A stretch of 32,000 nucleotides of DNA, from NCBI RefSeq assembly GCF_965196625.1, contig NZ_OZ239769.1, positions 450,001-482,000 on the forward strand. Reading direction: 5' to 3'. Positions 6,544 through 16,365 of this stretch are shown here, piece by piece (the first letter of the stretch is position 1; each line of letters starts with the position of its first letter). The stretch is from Candidatus Saccharimonadota bacterium (GTDB lineage: Bacteria > Bacteroidota > Bacteroidia > Cytophagales > Amoebophilaceae). The translations under genes were made by a program, and so were the position numbers. The notes beneath the pieces were generated by a model, which saw only the letters and a list, made by a program, of their open reading frames with translations, was not told where the DNA came from and did not search any database.

Positions 6544-9500
6544 CTAATCCTTTCCCATAGCTACATTGAATACCTTTTCAGTATGTAACTGTAATTCATG
6601 AGCAATATCGGCTAGTTGTATTTTCATCGCCAATGGCAGATAAAATTTTTGAATGAACCTTGCTTTTTCTATCTGTTTTTCAACAGTGTGTCCAGAAATT
6701 GTTCGTGCATTATGTAAAACATCTGCCAGCCTAACCAGAAGGGCATCATGATTTTTATCAGCTATGAGCGCTTCGATATAGGCCGTATAATCCTCTTTTT
6801 GGTTCGGTAGTTCTTTTTCCAAGCGCGCTGCAGCCGATACAATCTGTGCAATAGAAGGACCAAATAGAGTCGTTAAGCCTGCTGCTGTAAGGGGGGTATT
6901 TTGTACTACGTCGTGGACAAGTCCAGCAATAATAACCTTCGAATCCTGCGTTAAAGTGAGTAAAATAGAGGCCACCGCCATAGGATGTAAGTAAAATAGT
7001 TCACCTGTTTTTCTTCTTTGGGTGGTATAGTAGACTTTAATCAGCTGTAACGCATCCATAATGGCGTCAACATTGAGTCCTTTTTTTGCTTTAACTTTTT
7101 CTAAAAAAGCTACTTCTTCTTGCATACTGATTGGGTCCAATACCATCCTTTGGGTATACACGACAGGTGAAAGCGTAGCAAACGCCTTAGTAATTTCTTT
7201 GACGTTTACAGGTATGACATATAAGTGGGTAATTTCTGACTCAGAAGAGAATCGCTCATAATAGCCATAATGTGCATGCACAATATGTTGATTTTCTAAA
7301 TCTATTTTTTCTTCACTTTGCCCTAATATCTGAATATCTGCCATTTCTGCCACTTTATAGGTTGGACGTATAGTAGGCAATCTTATGGAAGTTGTGATCA
7401 CAAAACTGATCGCATTTATTTTTTGTACCTTCCCCTGTAAAAGCGTTAACCGATAGCCTAGCTGTGTATCATCTATATGTATATAGATATCTTTTTTTTG
7501 ATGGCTATATAGGGATGCCTGTAGGCTACAGGAGTGTAAACTGCTGATGATTAGCTGCTTGATGCTTTCTATGGCACACTGTATATAGAGGTGTTTTGTA
7601 TTGATCACTACATAAGGTGCATCATATATATTGCTAATCTTTATCGCATCGAAACATTCGGCTAATAGTTGATCAATACTAATCCAATTGGTAACTAAAT
7701 GGAGATTGTGCTTCAAGTGTTGAAAGATGCTGTTAAAATATTCATTTAACCGAATGGTTTGCACTGAATGCGTAATGAGACGCTGGTCGGGTTGTTCTAA
7801 TCGAATGAGTTGATCGTTCAATTGGCATATGATGTAACTGCTTTCATAGGCAAGTGCTTCTACTTGTTGTTTATTAAAAAACTGCCTTGCATTTTGTTCT
7901 TCTTTTTCACTGGTTAATGCTTGTATAATGGATAAAAGCTTATTTAAACCATTGTTGTGGTATAAAAAGCCACCCACTAAAACAAATAGCATAAATAGGC
8001 CATATGCAATATTCACATTCAAGCCCAAGCAGCAATCTATCCATCTGATATTACCATCCACATAATGGGGTAAGATCCAGACCATGATCACACTCATAAT
8101 CATACCAAACCATATCCTGATAAATGGAGTGATAAAGATCGATAAGAAAAGGTTAAGCACAAAAATGATAGCATGCAAATGGGTTAACTTATTAAGCATA
8201 GCCATGCCAGTACCTACCAAGAAAAAAAAATAAATATGGCTTAATGGCCATATCACTGAAGCAATTTTACGAATATATGATTGAGGGAAAATAAAGGTAT
8301 ATACTAAGAAAAATGTGGCAACAAAGAGACTGGGCAAAAGAATGAGTATTTCTAATCTAGTATGCCATATGGGATTACTGAAAAAAGTATAAAAAGAGCC
8401 ATATCCTGTGAGCAGAATATAAAAGCTAAAAAGTATATAAGGTAAGCTATCCTTAGGTAGTTGTTTCTCAAGGTAGTCTAAAAGATTGAATGTATGCATC
8501 CTTTGCAAAGTGATATTAGAGAGGTGCTTCCATAATGGTGGTGGCTTGGGGACGGCTTCTTGTACCAAACTATTGGCTAAGTAGTGCTGGCTTGGTATGC
8601 TTTTGCGCTTGAAAAATTGGATAACCATCATACTGAGTAGATTCATCAGCATAGCTGGAAGAATGCTATTGATACCTGCATTAGGTACAAAACACAACCA
8701 TGCCATAGTGGTTAAACCACCTGTTAACATACCTATTAAAACACTACATGGATGTAAGGAAATACCCATTAGAGAGAGTAGCAGGGGTAGACTCACAACT
8801 GCTTTAAATAAAATAATGGCTATCCATATGCATTCATCTTTAGTGTATAGTGCAAGAAGCGCTGCAATTGCGCCTACTATAACTTGATATAGAAACGAAT
8901 GCTTCGCCCATTTAAAAAGATTGGGTAGGTCATTTGTCATTAAAACAGTCGCTGCATGCAAGTTTGCGCCTGCTGTAGAGATGGTTAAAGCAGCAACACT
9001 AATCATAAATAGCCCCTTTAGCTGCACACAGCCGAAGGGAATGGTTGATACCATCAGCTTGCCAGAATTTTTCTGTACCAACAGGGCCACCCATAGTAAA
9101 AGCAAGTTGATGCTGAATGAAAAAAAACCGGCACTATTAAAAGAGCGTTTTATTTGCGCAGCATGCTCGGAAATTAAAATACGATCTACCTGAGCAGGAT
9201 AAAAAGCGGGTATGGAAAAAATGATAAAATAAATCATATAGTCCAGTGGAGTAGCATGAAAATGCGTCAAGCTATTCCAAGAGGCTTTAATGGCTAAAGC
9301 AATATGCGCTTGATCAGCATGATATTGGTTTGCCATATATTTCCATAAGTTCCAAGCGGTGATGGGTAACAGTATGCCAAAGGAAGCACAACGTACTACA
9401 CGTATCAGCGCTAGCGGTTGTATATGATTTGACCCCACACCAAACATTACAACTAGCGCTGCAATAAGTAGGCTATAACCAGGTTGAATGGCAAAAAACC

Positions 9501-9894
9501 AGGTTATAGCCATTGAGAGTATTTTGAATTGCATCGCAGCTACCGCAGCACTGTGCAATATACCGCATATGGCTACAATTTTCTGAACAGCGTTCCCATA
9601 AAACCGCCCCATTATTTCTGCTACCGAGCGATTATTTAAAAAAAGATGCAAACGATGTGCCAATAAGTTGCCTATTATAAAATAACTGATCATACCACCT
9701 CCCAAGCGCAATAAACCATCTATATCGAGCCGATTACATAACACTTCCCCTCCATAAGTTATGGCTAAAATAGCCGCTGTAATATGGGGGGTAGTAAAGC
9801 GCCTATCCAGAACACTAGAATGTTTAATAGAACGGATACCAACGAATAGATTAATCAGTAAAAAAAGAATAAAAATAACGCTGTCTAAATGCAT
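6544..9894 (-). CDS. Large polytopic membrane protein: sodium:solute-symporter-like N-terminal TM bundle, a second TM cluster, a degenerate histidine-kinase-like core and a C-terminal SpoT/Rel-type HD (ppGpp-hydrolase-type) domain
   Basis: 1116-aa ORF with many hydrophobic helices over residues about 1-660. The C-terminus carries GELFYLHPMAVASILL...IIAGLVHDVVQNT...FGPSIAQIV...LVRLADVLHNARTI. This matches the H...HD...D(RLHN) motifs of the RelA/SpoT hydrolase domain. No synthetase domain follows. Confidence 0.85.
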   Translation of the reverse strand: MHLDSVIFILFLLINLFVGIRSIKHSSVLDRRFTTPHITAAILAITYGGEVLCNRLDIDGLLRLGGGMISYFIIGNLLAHRLHLFLNNRSVAEIMGRFYGNAVQKIVAICGILHSAAVAAMQFKILSMAITWFFAIQPGYSLLIAALVVMFGVGSNHIQPLALIRVVRCASFGILLPITAWNLWKYMANQYHADQAHIALAIKASWNSLTHFHATPLDYMIYFIIFSIPAFYPAQVDRILISEHAAQIKRSFNSAGFFSFSINLLLLWVALLVQKNSGKLMVSTIPFGCVQLKGLFMISVAALTISTAGANLHAATVLMTNDLPNLFKWAKHSFLYQVIVGAIAALLALYTKDECIWIAIILFKAVVSLPLLLSLMGISLHPCSVLIGMLTGGLTTMAWLCFVPNAGINSILPAMLMNLLSMMVIQFFKRKSIPSQHYLANSLVQEAVPKPPPLWKHLSNITLQRMHTFNLLDYLEKQLPKDSLPYILFSFYILLTGYGSFYTFFSNPIWHTRLEILILLPSLFVATFFLVYTFIFPQSYIRKIASVIWPLSHIYFFFLVGTGMAMLNKLTHLHAIIFVLNLFLSIFITPFIRIWFGMIMSVIMVWILPHYVDGNIRWIDCCLGLNVNIAYGLFMLFVLVGGFLYHNNGLNKLLSIIQALTSEKEEQNARQFFNKQQVEALAYESSYIICQLNDQLIRLEQPDQRLITHSVQTIRLNEYFNSIFQHLKHNLHLVTNWISIDQLLAECFDAIKISNIYDAPYVVINTKHLYIQCAIESIKQLIISSLHSCSLQASLYSHQKKDIYIHIDDTQLGYRLTLLQGKVQKINAISFVITTSIRLPTIRPTYKVAEMADIQILGQSEEKIDLENQHIVHAHYGYYERFSSESEITHLYVIPVNVKEITKAFATLSPVVYTQRMVLDPISMQEEVAFLEKVKAKKGLNVDAIMDALQLIKVYYTTQRRKTGELFYLHPMAVASILLTLTQDSKVIIAGLVHDVVQNTPLTAAGLTTLFGPSIAQIVSAAARLEKELPNQKEDYTAYIEALIADKNHDALLVRLADVLHNARTISGHTVEKQIEKARFIQKFYLPLAMKIQLADIAHELQLHTEKVFNVAMGKD

Positions 9895-10045
9895 TGCCGG
9901 TCCTGTAATTATATTGCTGAAAAAATCTGTTTTTATAAAGGATTACACCACAGTCACCTGCCAACGTTTCTAGACAAGAAACAAAAAAATTGTAAATCAG
10001 TTACTAAAAACATACGAAACAGCAAAAGACACTACTGAAAAACTA

Positions 10046-10456
10046 TTAAGATAGTTCTTCATCTAGCAAAGCGCTAAAATGTTGCAACGATCTAATAACA
10101 GCCCTATTTACAATAGAATAGTGGATCTCTTCCTCTTTTCCAGTATAAACATATCCTATTAAAAAGACAAATTTAGAACGGGTGGTATCTAAGGCATCAT
10201 CCAATATATATTTATTGATGCGATAGGCCTCCCTAAGTAAGCGCTTCACTTTATTGCGCTGGACAGCAGAAGGAAAGTTCCGTTTAGAGGCAGAAAAAAG
10301 AACTTTATTGGATAAAAGCAGTTCTTTTTTTTGGAGGAGATAAAATACAGTACAAGGATGTAATTTTAAAATTTTTCCTTGCCGAAAAAGCATTTGTATA
10401 TGTTTCCGATTAGCTAGTCTATTGCATTTGGGCAGCCTATTTTTTCCCATAACCAA
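10046..10456 (-). CDS. rnpA: Ribonuclease P protein component
   Basis: It has the ASKRNFPSAVQRNKVKRLLREAYR motif and lies immediately downstream of rpmH, the conserved rpmH-rnpA arrangement. Confidence 0.9.
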   Translation of the reverse strand: MVMGKNRLPKCNRLANRKHIQMLFRQGKILKLHPCTVFYLLQKKELLLSNKVLFSASKRNFPSAVQRNKVKRLLREAYRINKYILDDALDTTRSKFVFLIGYVYTGKEEEIHYSIVNRAVIRSLQHFSALLDEELS

Positions 10457-10471
10457 TAGTAAAAGGCAGCA

Positions 10472-10630
10472 CTAGCACTTATGCCTAGGTTCATCAGAAA
10501 CGGTTAATTTAACTCTTCCTTTAGCACGTCTTCTAGCCAATACAGCGCGGCCATTGGCGGTTGACATACGCTCCCTAAAACCATGCTTATTGCTTCTTTT
10601 TCTAAGTGATGGTTGAAATGTTCTTTTCAT
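10472..10630 (-). CDS. rpmH: 50S ribosomal protein L34
   Basis: Hand translation of the minus strand gives [52 protein letters not shown] (52 aa). It is below the ORF-track length cut-off. Confidence 0.93.
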   Translation of the reverse strand: MKRTFQPSLRKRSNKHGFRERMSTANGRAVLARRRAKGRVKLTVSDEPRHKC

Positions 10631-11018
10631 AGCTTAATGAATAACCTTATAGATTTTAGATAAATAAAACTTTTACTTTTATAGCTCCGCCATTACAAAC
10701 GGAGCTGCATTAAAAATGCCTTTGCGTATAAAATATAAATAACAGCAACAAAATTCAACTGATCTTGCCAGGGTTTATCGATCTGTGCTATTTGGATCTC
10801 AATAAGATCCAATGCACTACATCAGCTTTGGCAAAGTATATAAATATATGGTAGCATCCAAATTATTCTATCTATTTTTTCAGGAGATGGCATTAAATTG
10901 TATTAATTTTACTTATACTTTTAGGCAGTAAGCTGTTCTCCTATTTGGTTTCGGGCTATATCTTTTTAGATTAAAAACTTGCTTGATTTGCGCTTAATTT
11001 TTATTTCTAATACTGATT

Positions 11019-11573
11019 ATGGTAGATCGTTACGTACGAAAAATAAGGGTGGGCCACTTTGTATGGTCCTTTTTAATCGGCCTTATTGTGTCGATGGAGT
11101 CAAAGGCTGGACCTCCATCTAATTTAAAAAAATTAAAGAAAGGCATCTACGAAGAAAATCTTGCTGCATATAGGATTGAATTTTCCAAACGAGTTAAAGA
11201 AAAAAAGAGAGCGTCTTGTATACCCCTGCTCTGCCCATTGAATCAAGCCAAACCTTTAGAACAGCGTTTGGCACAGCGCAAAGCAGCTTATGAGCATATG
11301 AGTTGCCTAAAGGGTTACACCATACAGCTCTATATGGGTAGCAGTAGAACGGCAGCATTAAAGGCACAAGATTTGGTGAGCACTTTTACTTATCCTTCTA
11401 AACTCCATTACAGACAACCGCATTATATTGTGCAGCTTGGTTTTTTTTCGGACAGACTAGAAGCCTATTTTGTCTATTTGACCTTGGTAAAAAAAATAGC
11501 TACGGCTATGATTCGTCCTTGTATGCTCCCTAGGCAGGAGCATCTATGTATTTATGCAATAGCGTCAACTTAA
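11019..11573 (+). CDS. SPOR-domain (peptidoglycan-binding) protein with N-terminal membrane anchor
   Basis: YTIQLYMGSSRTAALKAQDLV...HYIVQLGFFSDRLEAYFVYLTL fits the SPOR pattern (y.vQ.g.f....A......yrV.vG.f....eA). A hydrophobic segment lies near the N-terminus. Confidence 0.7.
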   Translation: MVDRYVRKIRVGHFVWSFLIGLIVSMESKAGPPSNLKKLKKGIYEENLAAYRIEFSKRVKEKKRASCIPLLCPLNQAKPLEQRLAQRKAAYEHMSCLKGYTIQLYMGSSRTAALKAQDLVSTFTYPSKLHYRQPHYIVQLGFFSDRLEAYFVYLTLVKKIATAMIRPCMLPRQEHLCIYAIAST

Positions 11574-11598
11574 AGAGTATATTATTAGTTATCTAATA

Positions 11599-11770
11599 AA
11601 ACATCATTTTAATGGGTGGTTGTTTCCATTGCGACAATTTAAAGGGTTAATGACCGCTACTGTGTGCTGAACTTTTTATCGATGGCCAGCAGCGGTGGAG
11701 TATGCTAATGATCCATGTGCATCTCTGTGCTAGAATAGATTTTCCTTAAGCCCCTGCCATGATTGAACGA
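11599..11770 (+). repeat. Interspersed repeat family, copy A
   Basis: It shares catcatttt(t)aatgggg/tgg..tt(t)cccattgcg.ca...taatg.ccg at its 5' end and atctctgtgc.aga.tagatttt.cttaag....gccat at its 3' end with copies at 12561-12841 (reverse) and 24056-24172. The central part forms a hairpin (ccgctactg ... cagcagcgg). Confidence 0.8.
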
Positions 11771-11791
11771 CAGACACAAATAGAAAAACAC

Positions 11792-12558
11792 TTATCTGGA
11801 AGCTATCCGCTTCCAATTGTCACATAAGATAGCTGTAGCCATGGCTGCATTTAGGGAGTTGGCATGGCCATATTTAGGAATGGCAATAGCCTCTGTAAGG
11901 GTTTGTTGTACAGCAGGCTGAATCCCATGCGATTCATTCCCAATCACCAATACCCCATGTGCTGGAAATAAAAAATCATGTAGCGGCTTTCCATCCAACA
12001 TGGCACCTAGAATAGGCAGATTTAATCCTTGTAGATAGCAGGGTAAGTCTACATAATGTAGATTGACCTTTACAAAAGAGCCCATACTGGCTTGTAGTAC
12101 CTTTGGATTATATAATTCTACAGTGGTTTGAGAACAGAGTATGGTAGTTATGCCATACCAATCTGCTATGCGGATAATCGTTCCTAAATTGCCAGGGTCT
12201 TGAATGTCATCTAATGCAAGTGTAATGCCAATAGGGGATAGAGCAGGATCAGTGGGGCTGGGTATAGCTGCTACTGCCAGTACTTCATGGTTGTGTATAA
12301 AAGAACCTAGCCCAGAAAGCAGTTCCTGTTTCACTTCAAATACCTCTACTGCTTTAGGAATAGAAGCAACCATATCCTGATTTGCTAGAAAAAAAGAAGG
12401 CGTACCTACTATACACTTTATAGCATAATGAGAAGCAAGTAATGCTTGAATACTTTTTTTCCCTCTAAGACAAAAGCGGACTGTTCTAAGCGGTGCTTTT
12501 TAAGTGCCAGCTGACGGATGGATATAGCTTTTTTTTTACTTAAAGTATAGCTGTTCAA
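11792..12558 (-). pseudogene. TrmH/SpoU-family RNA 2'-O-methyltransferase, frame broken at a homopolymer
   Basis: The C-terminal ORF (11792-12373) carries SpoU motifs NLGTIIRIADWYG, VLVIGNESHGI and ANSLNAAMATAI. The upstream frame reads (TTG)NSYTLSKKKAISIRQLALKKHRLEQSAFVLEGKK, the typical N-terminal substrate-binding segment. It is 1 nt out of register at gagggAAAAAAAgt, which is the T7 run at 12454-12460 on the plus strand. Confidence 0.75.
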
Positions 12559-12560
12559 GG

Positions 12561-12841
12561 TAGTATCTGTTCAGGCCAATGGCGCCAACTTAAAGAAAAT
12601 CTATTCTCGCACAGAGATAAAAAAGGCGTTTTACGGATGGTTCCTATGCCCTCTCGCTTGCGGAAGCTGATAAAGGAATTTCGCGCTTTCAGTAAAACGG
12701 TAGCCTTTGAGCGATCTGTTTTTCAGTGGGAAAAACAGATCGTTGCATTATTTTGCTGTGTACCAAATTCCTTTATCGGCCGGCCATTAGCGTTTTAAAA
12801 TTGACGCAATGGGAATAACCGCCCCATTAAAAATGATGCTT
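12561..12841 (-). repeat. Interspersed repeat family, copy B (longest, carrying a large nested central hairpin)
   Basis: The reverse complement aligns end to end with copies A and C. The centre holds gataaaggaattt ... aaattcctttatc enclosing gatctgttttt-cagtggg-aaaaacagatc. Confidence 0.8.
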
Positions 12842-12870
12842 TGTATTAATATAATAATCAATAAAATATG

Positions 12871-12892
12871 CTCCTTAAGCCCCCACCATACA
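12871..12892 (+). repeat. Solo fragment of the repeat 3' end (ctccttaagcccccaccataca)
   Basis: It resembles tttccttaagcccctgccatga of copy A (11741-11762). Confidence 0.5.
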
Positions 12893-13212
12893 GCTAAAGG
12901 AATACAAAAAAACCTCTATTGGGCTTCACCTACTTGCTTATTGATCGGCCTGCTTCTTACATAACGCAACAATAAATAATTGATTGCAATCACGCATGGC
13001 ACTACTACAAGTTTTACGATGAAAGTTAATGACAAAAAAGGCAATAACAATATACCCATTGCCATTGCAAAACCAGTTTTAAATGAGATCATAGATAAAA
13101 AATAAATTAGCTACTTGAATTAAAAACGACCCCAATTCTAGTTTACAACTATTCCAGAAGCAATCCAAAGCATCTTGCCATGCTACGCATGGTAAGATTG
13201 GGCAATGTAAAG

Positions 13213-14556
13213 TTAGGGATGAAACATACCAACCAGTTGATAGAGATCAAATTCTGCTTTTTTTACCTTAAAAGCCTGTTCTATTAAACCGATTTCTACT
13301 TTTTGGGTAGCCTCTTCTGCTTCATGTAACTCAAGCAGCTTTACTTGCTTGAGCCGATACTTCTCTCTTACAAAAACCAACTTTTGTTTGCTTATTTTCA
13401 GTTGTTCCTCTCCTACTTTATAGGCATCTAAGGCATGTCGATAGTTCCATTTTTTATCTTCCAAACTACCCTCTAAAGCCAATTTTTGCTGCTTTAACGC
13501 AAGCTTTGCATTATTGAATAGCATCCTTTCCTGTTTAACCTTCGCAGGCATGAGCAGCAAAGCAGCTATATCAATAGTAACTCCAACAGTCCCAACCCAT
13601 TTACTAGCTTTATGATCACGATACCATTTATCATCTTTTAAATCATATAGAAAACCATTCGAACAAAAACTACCAGATAGGCTTAAACAAGAAAGCGGAT
13701 AAGCCTTTGCTCTACTTAACTTAGTTGCTGCTATGGCGACTTGTTTTTCTTGTATCGCAGTCTCCAAATCAACCACTTTTTCTTTTGTAACCGCTTTAAT
13801 ATCCCATATAGGTTGCACAGAAATGGTTGATTGAACCAATGTTTCTTCATTGAGGGGTTTACCAAGTATTAAATTTAAACTTCGGCGCTTTGCTTTCAAG
13901 GCTTCTTGCCGCTCTAATAAGCTTAATTTTACCTGTTTAAGCGCCAGTTGCGCATCCAAACAATCTATCTTAGAGATGCGCCCTACCTTTAACTTCTCTT
14001 CCTCTATCTTTAATCTAGCTATAGCAAGCTTGAGTAAGCTATTGGATAATTCCCATTTTTTTTGCGCCAATGCCAGTTCATAATAAGCGGTCACTACCTG
14101 CTGTAGTTCTTTTTCTACTGATTTTTTTGCAACTAGCTTATAAAGAAAATTATTTTGACCATGTATTTTAGTTTGGAACATTTTATCAAATAGTGATGCG
14201 AGCTCCCATTTTAATGTGAAAACAGGGGTAGATCGAATGCGGTATTTCATTTTTACAATGTCTGGCTGGGAGCCGTTTTGCTCAGAAGATGGTAGGGGTG
14301 ATTTCCGAATGCCTTCATAAGCGAGCATAAAAAGCGCCTGAGGCGCCCATATGCGGAAATTATCTATTCTGCCCGAAAGCATCGATTGCTTTTTAGTATT
14401 TTCGGCCATCTGAATATTTAAATTATCCTTTAAGGCAGTCTGTATGGCCTCTTCCAAACTTATGGGCTTGTTTTTTGCCTGTGCTAGGCTATGGCCTAAA
14501 AGGATTAGGCTGCAGAGCATGCTTAAACGTAAAAATTTTTTTTTATTTAGCCACAT
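13213..14556 (-). CDS. TolC-family outer-membrane efflux protein
   Basis: Two long heptad-rich halves are typical of OEP/TolC proteins. A signal peptide MWLNKKKFLRLSMLCSLILLGHSLAQA follows if the start is at 14556; the track ORF extends to 14616 and would overlap the upstream gene. It is the last gene of the efflux operon. Confidence 0.8.
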   Translation of the reverse strand: MWLNKKKFLRLSMLCSLILLGHSLAQAKNKPISLEEAIQTALKDNLNIQMAENTKKQSMLSGRIDNFRIWAPQALFMLAYEGIRKSPLPSSEQNGSQPDIVKMKYRIRSTPVFTLKWELASLFDKMFQTKIHGQNNFLYKLVAKKSVEKELQQVVTAYYELALAQKKWELSNSLLKLAIARLKIEEEKLKVGRISKIDCLDAQLALKQVKLSLLERQEALKAKRRSLNLILGKPLNEETLVQSTISVQPIWDIKAVTKEKVVDLETAIQEKQVAIAATKLSRAKAYPLSCLSLSGSFCSNGFLYDLKDDKWYRDHKASKWVGTVGVTIDIAALLLMPAKVKQERMLFNNAKLALKQQKLALEGSLEDKKWNYRHALDAYKVGEEQLKISKQKLVFVREKYRLKQVKLLELHEAEEATQKVEIGLIEQAFKVKKAEFDLYQLVGMFHP

Positions 14557-14573
14557 CTTAAGTAAAATTTTTA

Positions 14574-15233
14574 TTAGACAATTTTTCCATCTACAATTTC
14601 TTGAATACTGTTGCATTGCCGTGCTACCTGCACAGAGTGTGTTACGATAAGAATCGTATTGCCCTCTCTATTCATCTCTTTCAGTAAAGCCATGATTTCA
14701 TGCGCAGTACTGCTATCTAAAGATCCAGTTGGCTCATCTGCTAGGATTAAAGGAGGAGCGGTTACCAACGCACGTGCAATGGCTACCCTTTGTTGTTGGC
14801 CACCTGAAAGAGCATCTGGTTTATGGTTAGCATAGGCAGATAAGCCAACTTTATCCAGCATGGCCCACGCACGCTTGGAACGTTCTTCCCTTTCTATACC
14901 TTGATAATAGAGCGGCAAAGCTACATTCTCCAAAGCCGTTTTAAAAGGAATCAAATGAAACCGCTGAAAGATAAAGCCAATTAACTGGTTTCTATAGCTA
15001 CTGGCTTCTTGGTTAGAAAGATTTTTCATGTGCACACCATTAAGATAGTAATCTCCATGGTTATAATCATCCAATATACCAATTATATTCAATAACGTAG
15101 ATTTTCCAGCACCAGATTGCCCCATTAAGGCAACGAGGTCTCCCTTTTCCAGGTGAAAATTTATACCAGTAAGTACCTCCCGAATAACGGTTCCATTTTG
15201 ATAGGATTTATATAAGTCCTGAATCTGAATCAT
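14574..15233 (-). CDS. ABC transporter ATP-binding protein (MacB/LolD-type)
   Basis: Walker [10 protein letters not shown], signature [15 protein letters not shown], Walker [13 protein letters not shown] and an H-loop (VTHS). Confidence 0.92.
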   Translation of the reverse strand: MIQIQDLYKSYQNGTVIREVLTGINFHLEKGDLVALMGQSGAGKSTLLNIIGILDDYNHGDYYLNGVHMKNLSNQEASSYRNQLIGFIFQRFHLIPFKTALENVALPLYYQGIEREERSKRAWAMLDKVGLSAYANHKPDALSGGQQQRVAIARALVTAPPLILADEPTGSLDSSTAHEIMALLKEMNREGNTILIVTHSVQVARQCNSIQEIVDGKIV

Positions 15234-15234
15234 G

Positions 15235-16365
15235 CTAGGTTTCTACAATTAAATGATCTGCTTCTGTAAGACCTTCTTTTATCTCAACATAAAGGCCATC
15301 TGAGAGCCCCAACACTACATTTTTTTTAACCACTTTATCTGCACACAAACATTTTACGAAATAGGTTGTGCCTTCTGTTTGAATCATGCTTTCTGAAACA
15401 GCCAACACATCGTCCACTTGTTCTAGAATCACTTCTGCTAGCGCTAAATAACCTGCACGTAGCGTCACCTTTGATTTTTTGGGTTTATGTACCACCCCTT
15501 CTATTTCAAATTTAATTTCTTCATCTTTAAATTCTTTTTCACTGGCTTTTGGTGCAATTTTGGTTAAAGTAACTTGCAATTGCTCGTCATTAAAAGCATT
15601 TAATGAAGCAGTAAAGGTCATCCCTTTGGTAAGATGTACCACATCTAATTCACTGACCTTAGCTGAGAACAAGAAACGATCTATATCTCCAATCAGGGCT
15701 ACAGTGGCGCCAGAACCTTTTTCACTGACGGCCTGCACCATACTGCCTTCTTTAACGGATAAGTCTAAAATCGTACCTTTTATAGTAGCTTTAACGATGT
15801 TGGCACTTTCCCCTTTTGCAGTAGTATAGCCACGCTGACTAAGTTCTAACGCCTTCTGGGCCGCAGTCCATTCTTCTTTGGCTTGCGCCCAGGTTGCCAA
15901 AGCAGCTTCATAATCTTCTTTAGCCAACATCTTTTTACTAAAAAGCTGCTTACTTCTTAAATATTTAGCTCTGGCTTGATTGAGATGAATAGCAGCCAAA
16001 CGCAACTTGCTTGCTGCAGCCTCAACCTTTTGGGGGCTAGGCTGTATTTTAATACGGGCAATAGGGGTGCCCTGTTGCACAGCATCACCTACACGTACAA
16101 ATAATTTCTCTACCACGCCGGTAACATGCGCCTCTACCTGCACTTCCTTATGGGGTATGAGGCTACCAGAAAAAACTTTTTTTCGAACAATCGTTCTTCG
16201 AGTGGGTTGCGTGGTTTGAAAGGTTGGCTGATCTAACTTGCGCCAAAAGGCTCGTGGATTTAACCTGTTCCATTGATCTTTATATACTTTAGAGTAGGCA
16301 AAAGCGCCTCCCGTGAAGATTATAATGGTTAAAATAAATTTGGTTCTTGTACGCATTTTATTCAT
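15235..16365 (-). CDS. HlyD/MacA-family periplasmic adaptor (membrane fusion protein)
   Basis: N-terminal anchor, lipoyl-like VGDAVQQGTPIARI, a long alpha-hairpin segment, then a beta-barrel region. It sits between the permease and ATPase genes. Confidence 0.85.
   Translation of the reverse strand: MNKMRTRTKFILTIIIFTGGAFAYSKVYKDQWNRLNPRAFWRKLDQPTFQTTQPTRRTIVRKKVFSGSLIPHKEVQVEAHVTGVVEKLFVRVGDAVQQGTPIARIKIQPSPQKVEAAASKLRLAAIHLNQARAKYLRSKQLFSKKMLAKEDYEAALATWAQAKEEWTAAQKALELSQRGYTTAKGESANIVKATIKGTILDLSVKEGSMVQAVSEKGSGATVALIGDIDRFLFSAKVSELDVVHLTKGMTFTASLNAFNDEQLQVTLTKIAPKASEKEFKDEEIKFEIEGVVHKPKKSKVTLRAGYLALAEVILEQVDDVLAVSESMIQTEGTTYFVKCLCADKVVKKNVVLGLSDGLYVEIKEGLTEADHLIVET

Noticed and set aside
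7061-9973. ORF-track entries 7061-7261, 8597-8887, 8921-9193 and 9761-9973 on the plus strand
   Set aside because: They lie antisense inside, or overlapping the start of, the continuous 1116-aa minus-strand gene. They have no recognisable motifs and are typical shadow ORFs.
10631-11018. Possible replication origin in the AT-rich spacer upstream of rpmH, including a cluster of four GATC sites at about 10761-10812 and the small palindrome ttggatc..gatccaa
   Set aside because: dnaA is not adjacent here. I could not find any TTATCCACA-type DnaA box on either strand. GATC clustering has no known meaning outside Dam-containing lineages, and no skew calculation is possible by eye.
12937-13092. 51-codon minus-strand ORF (MISFKTGFAMAMGILLLPFFVINF...) downstream of the TolC-like gene region
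   Set aside because: It is short, has no motif beyond one hydrophobic stretch, and has no conserved context. It cannot be distinguished from chance.
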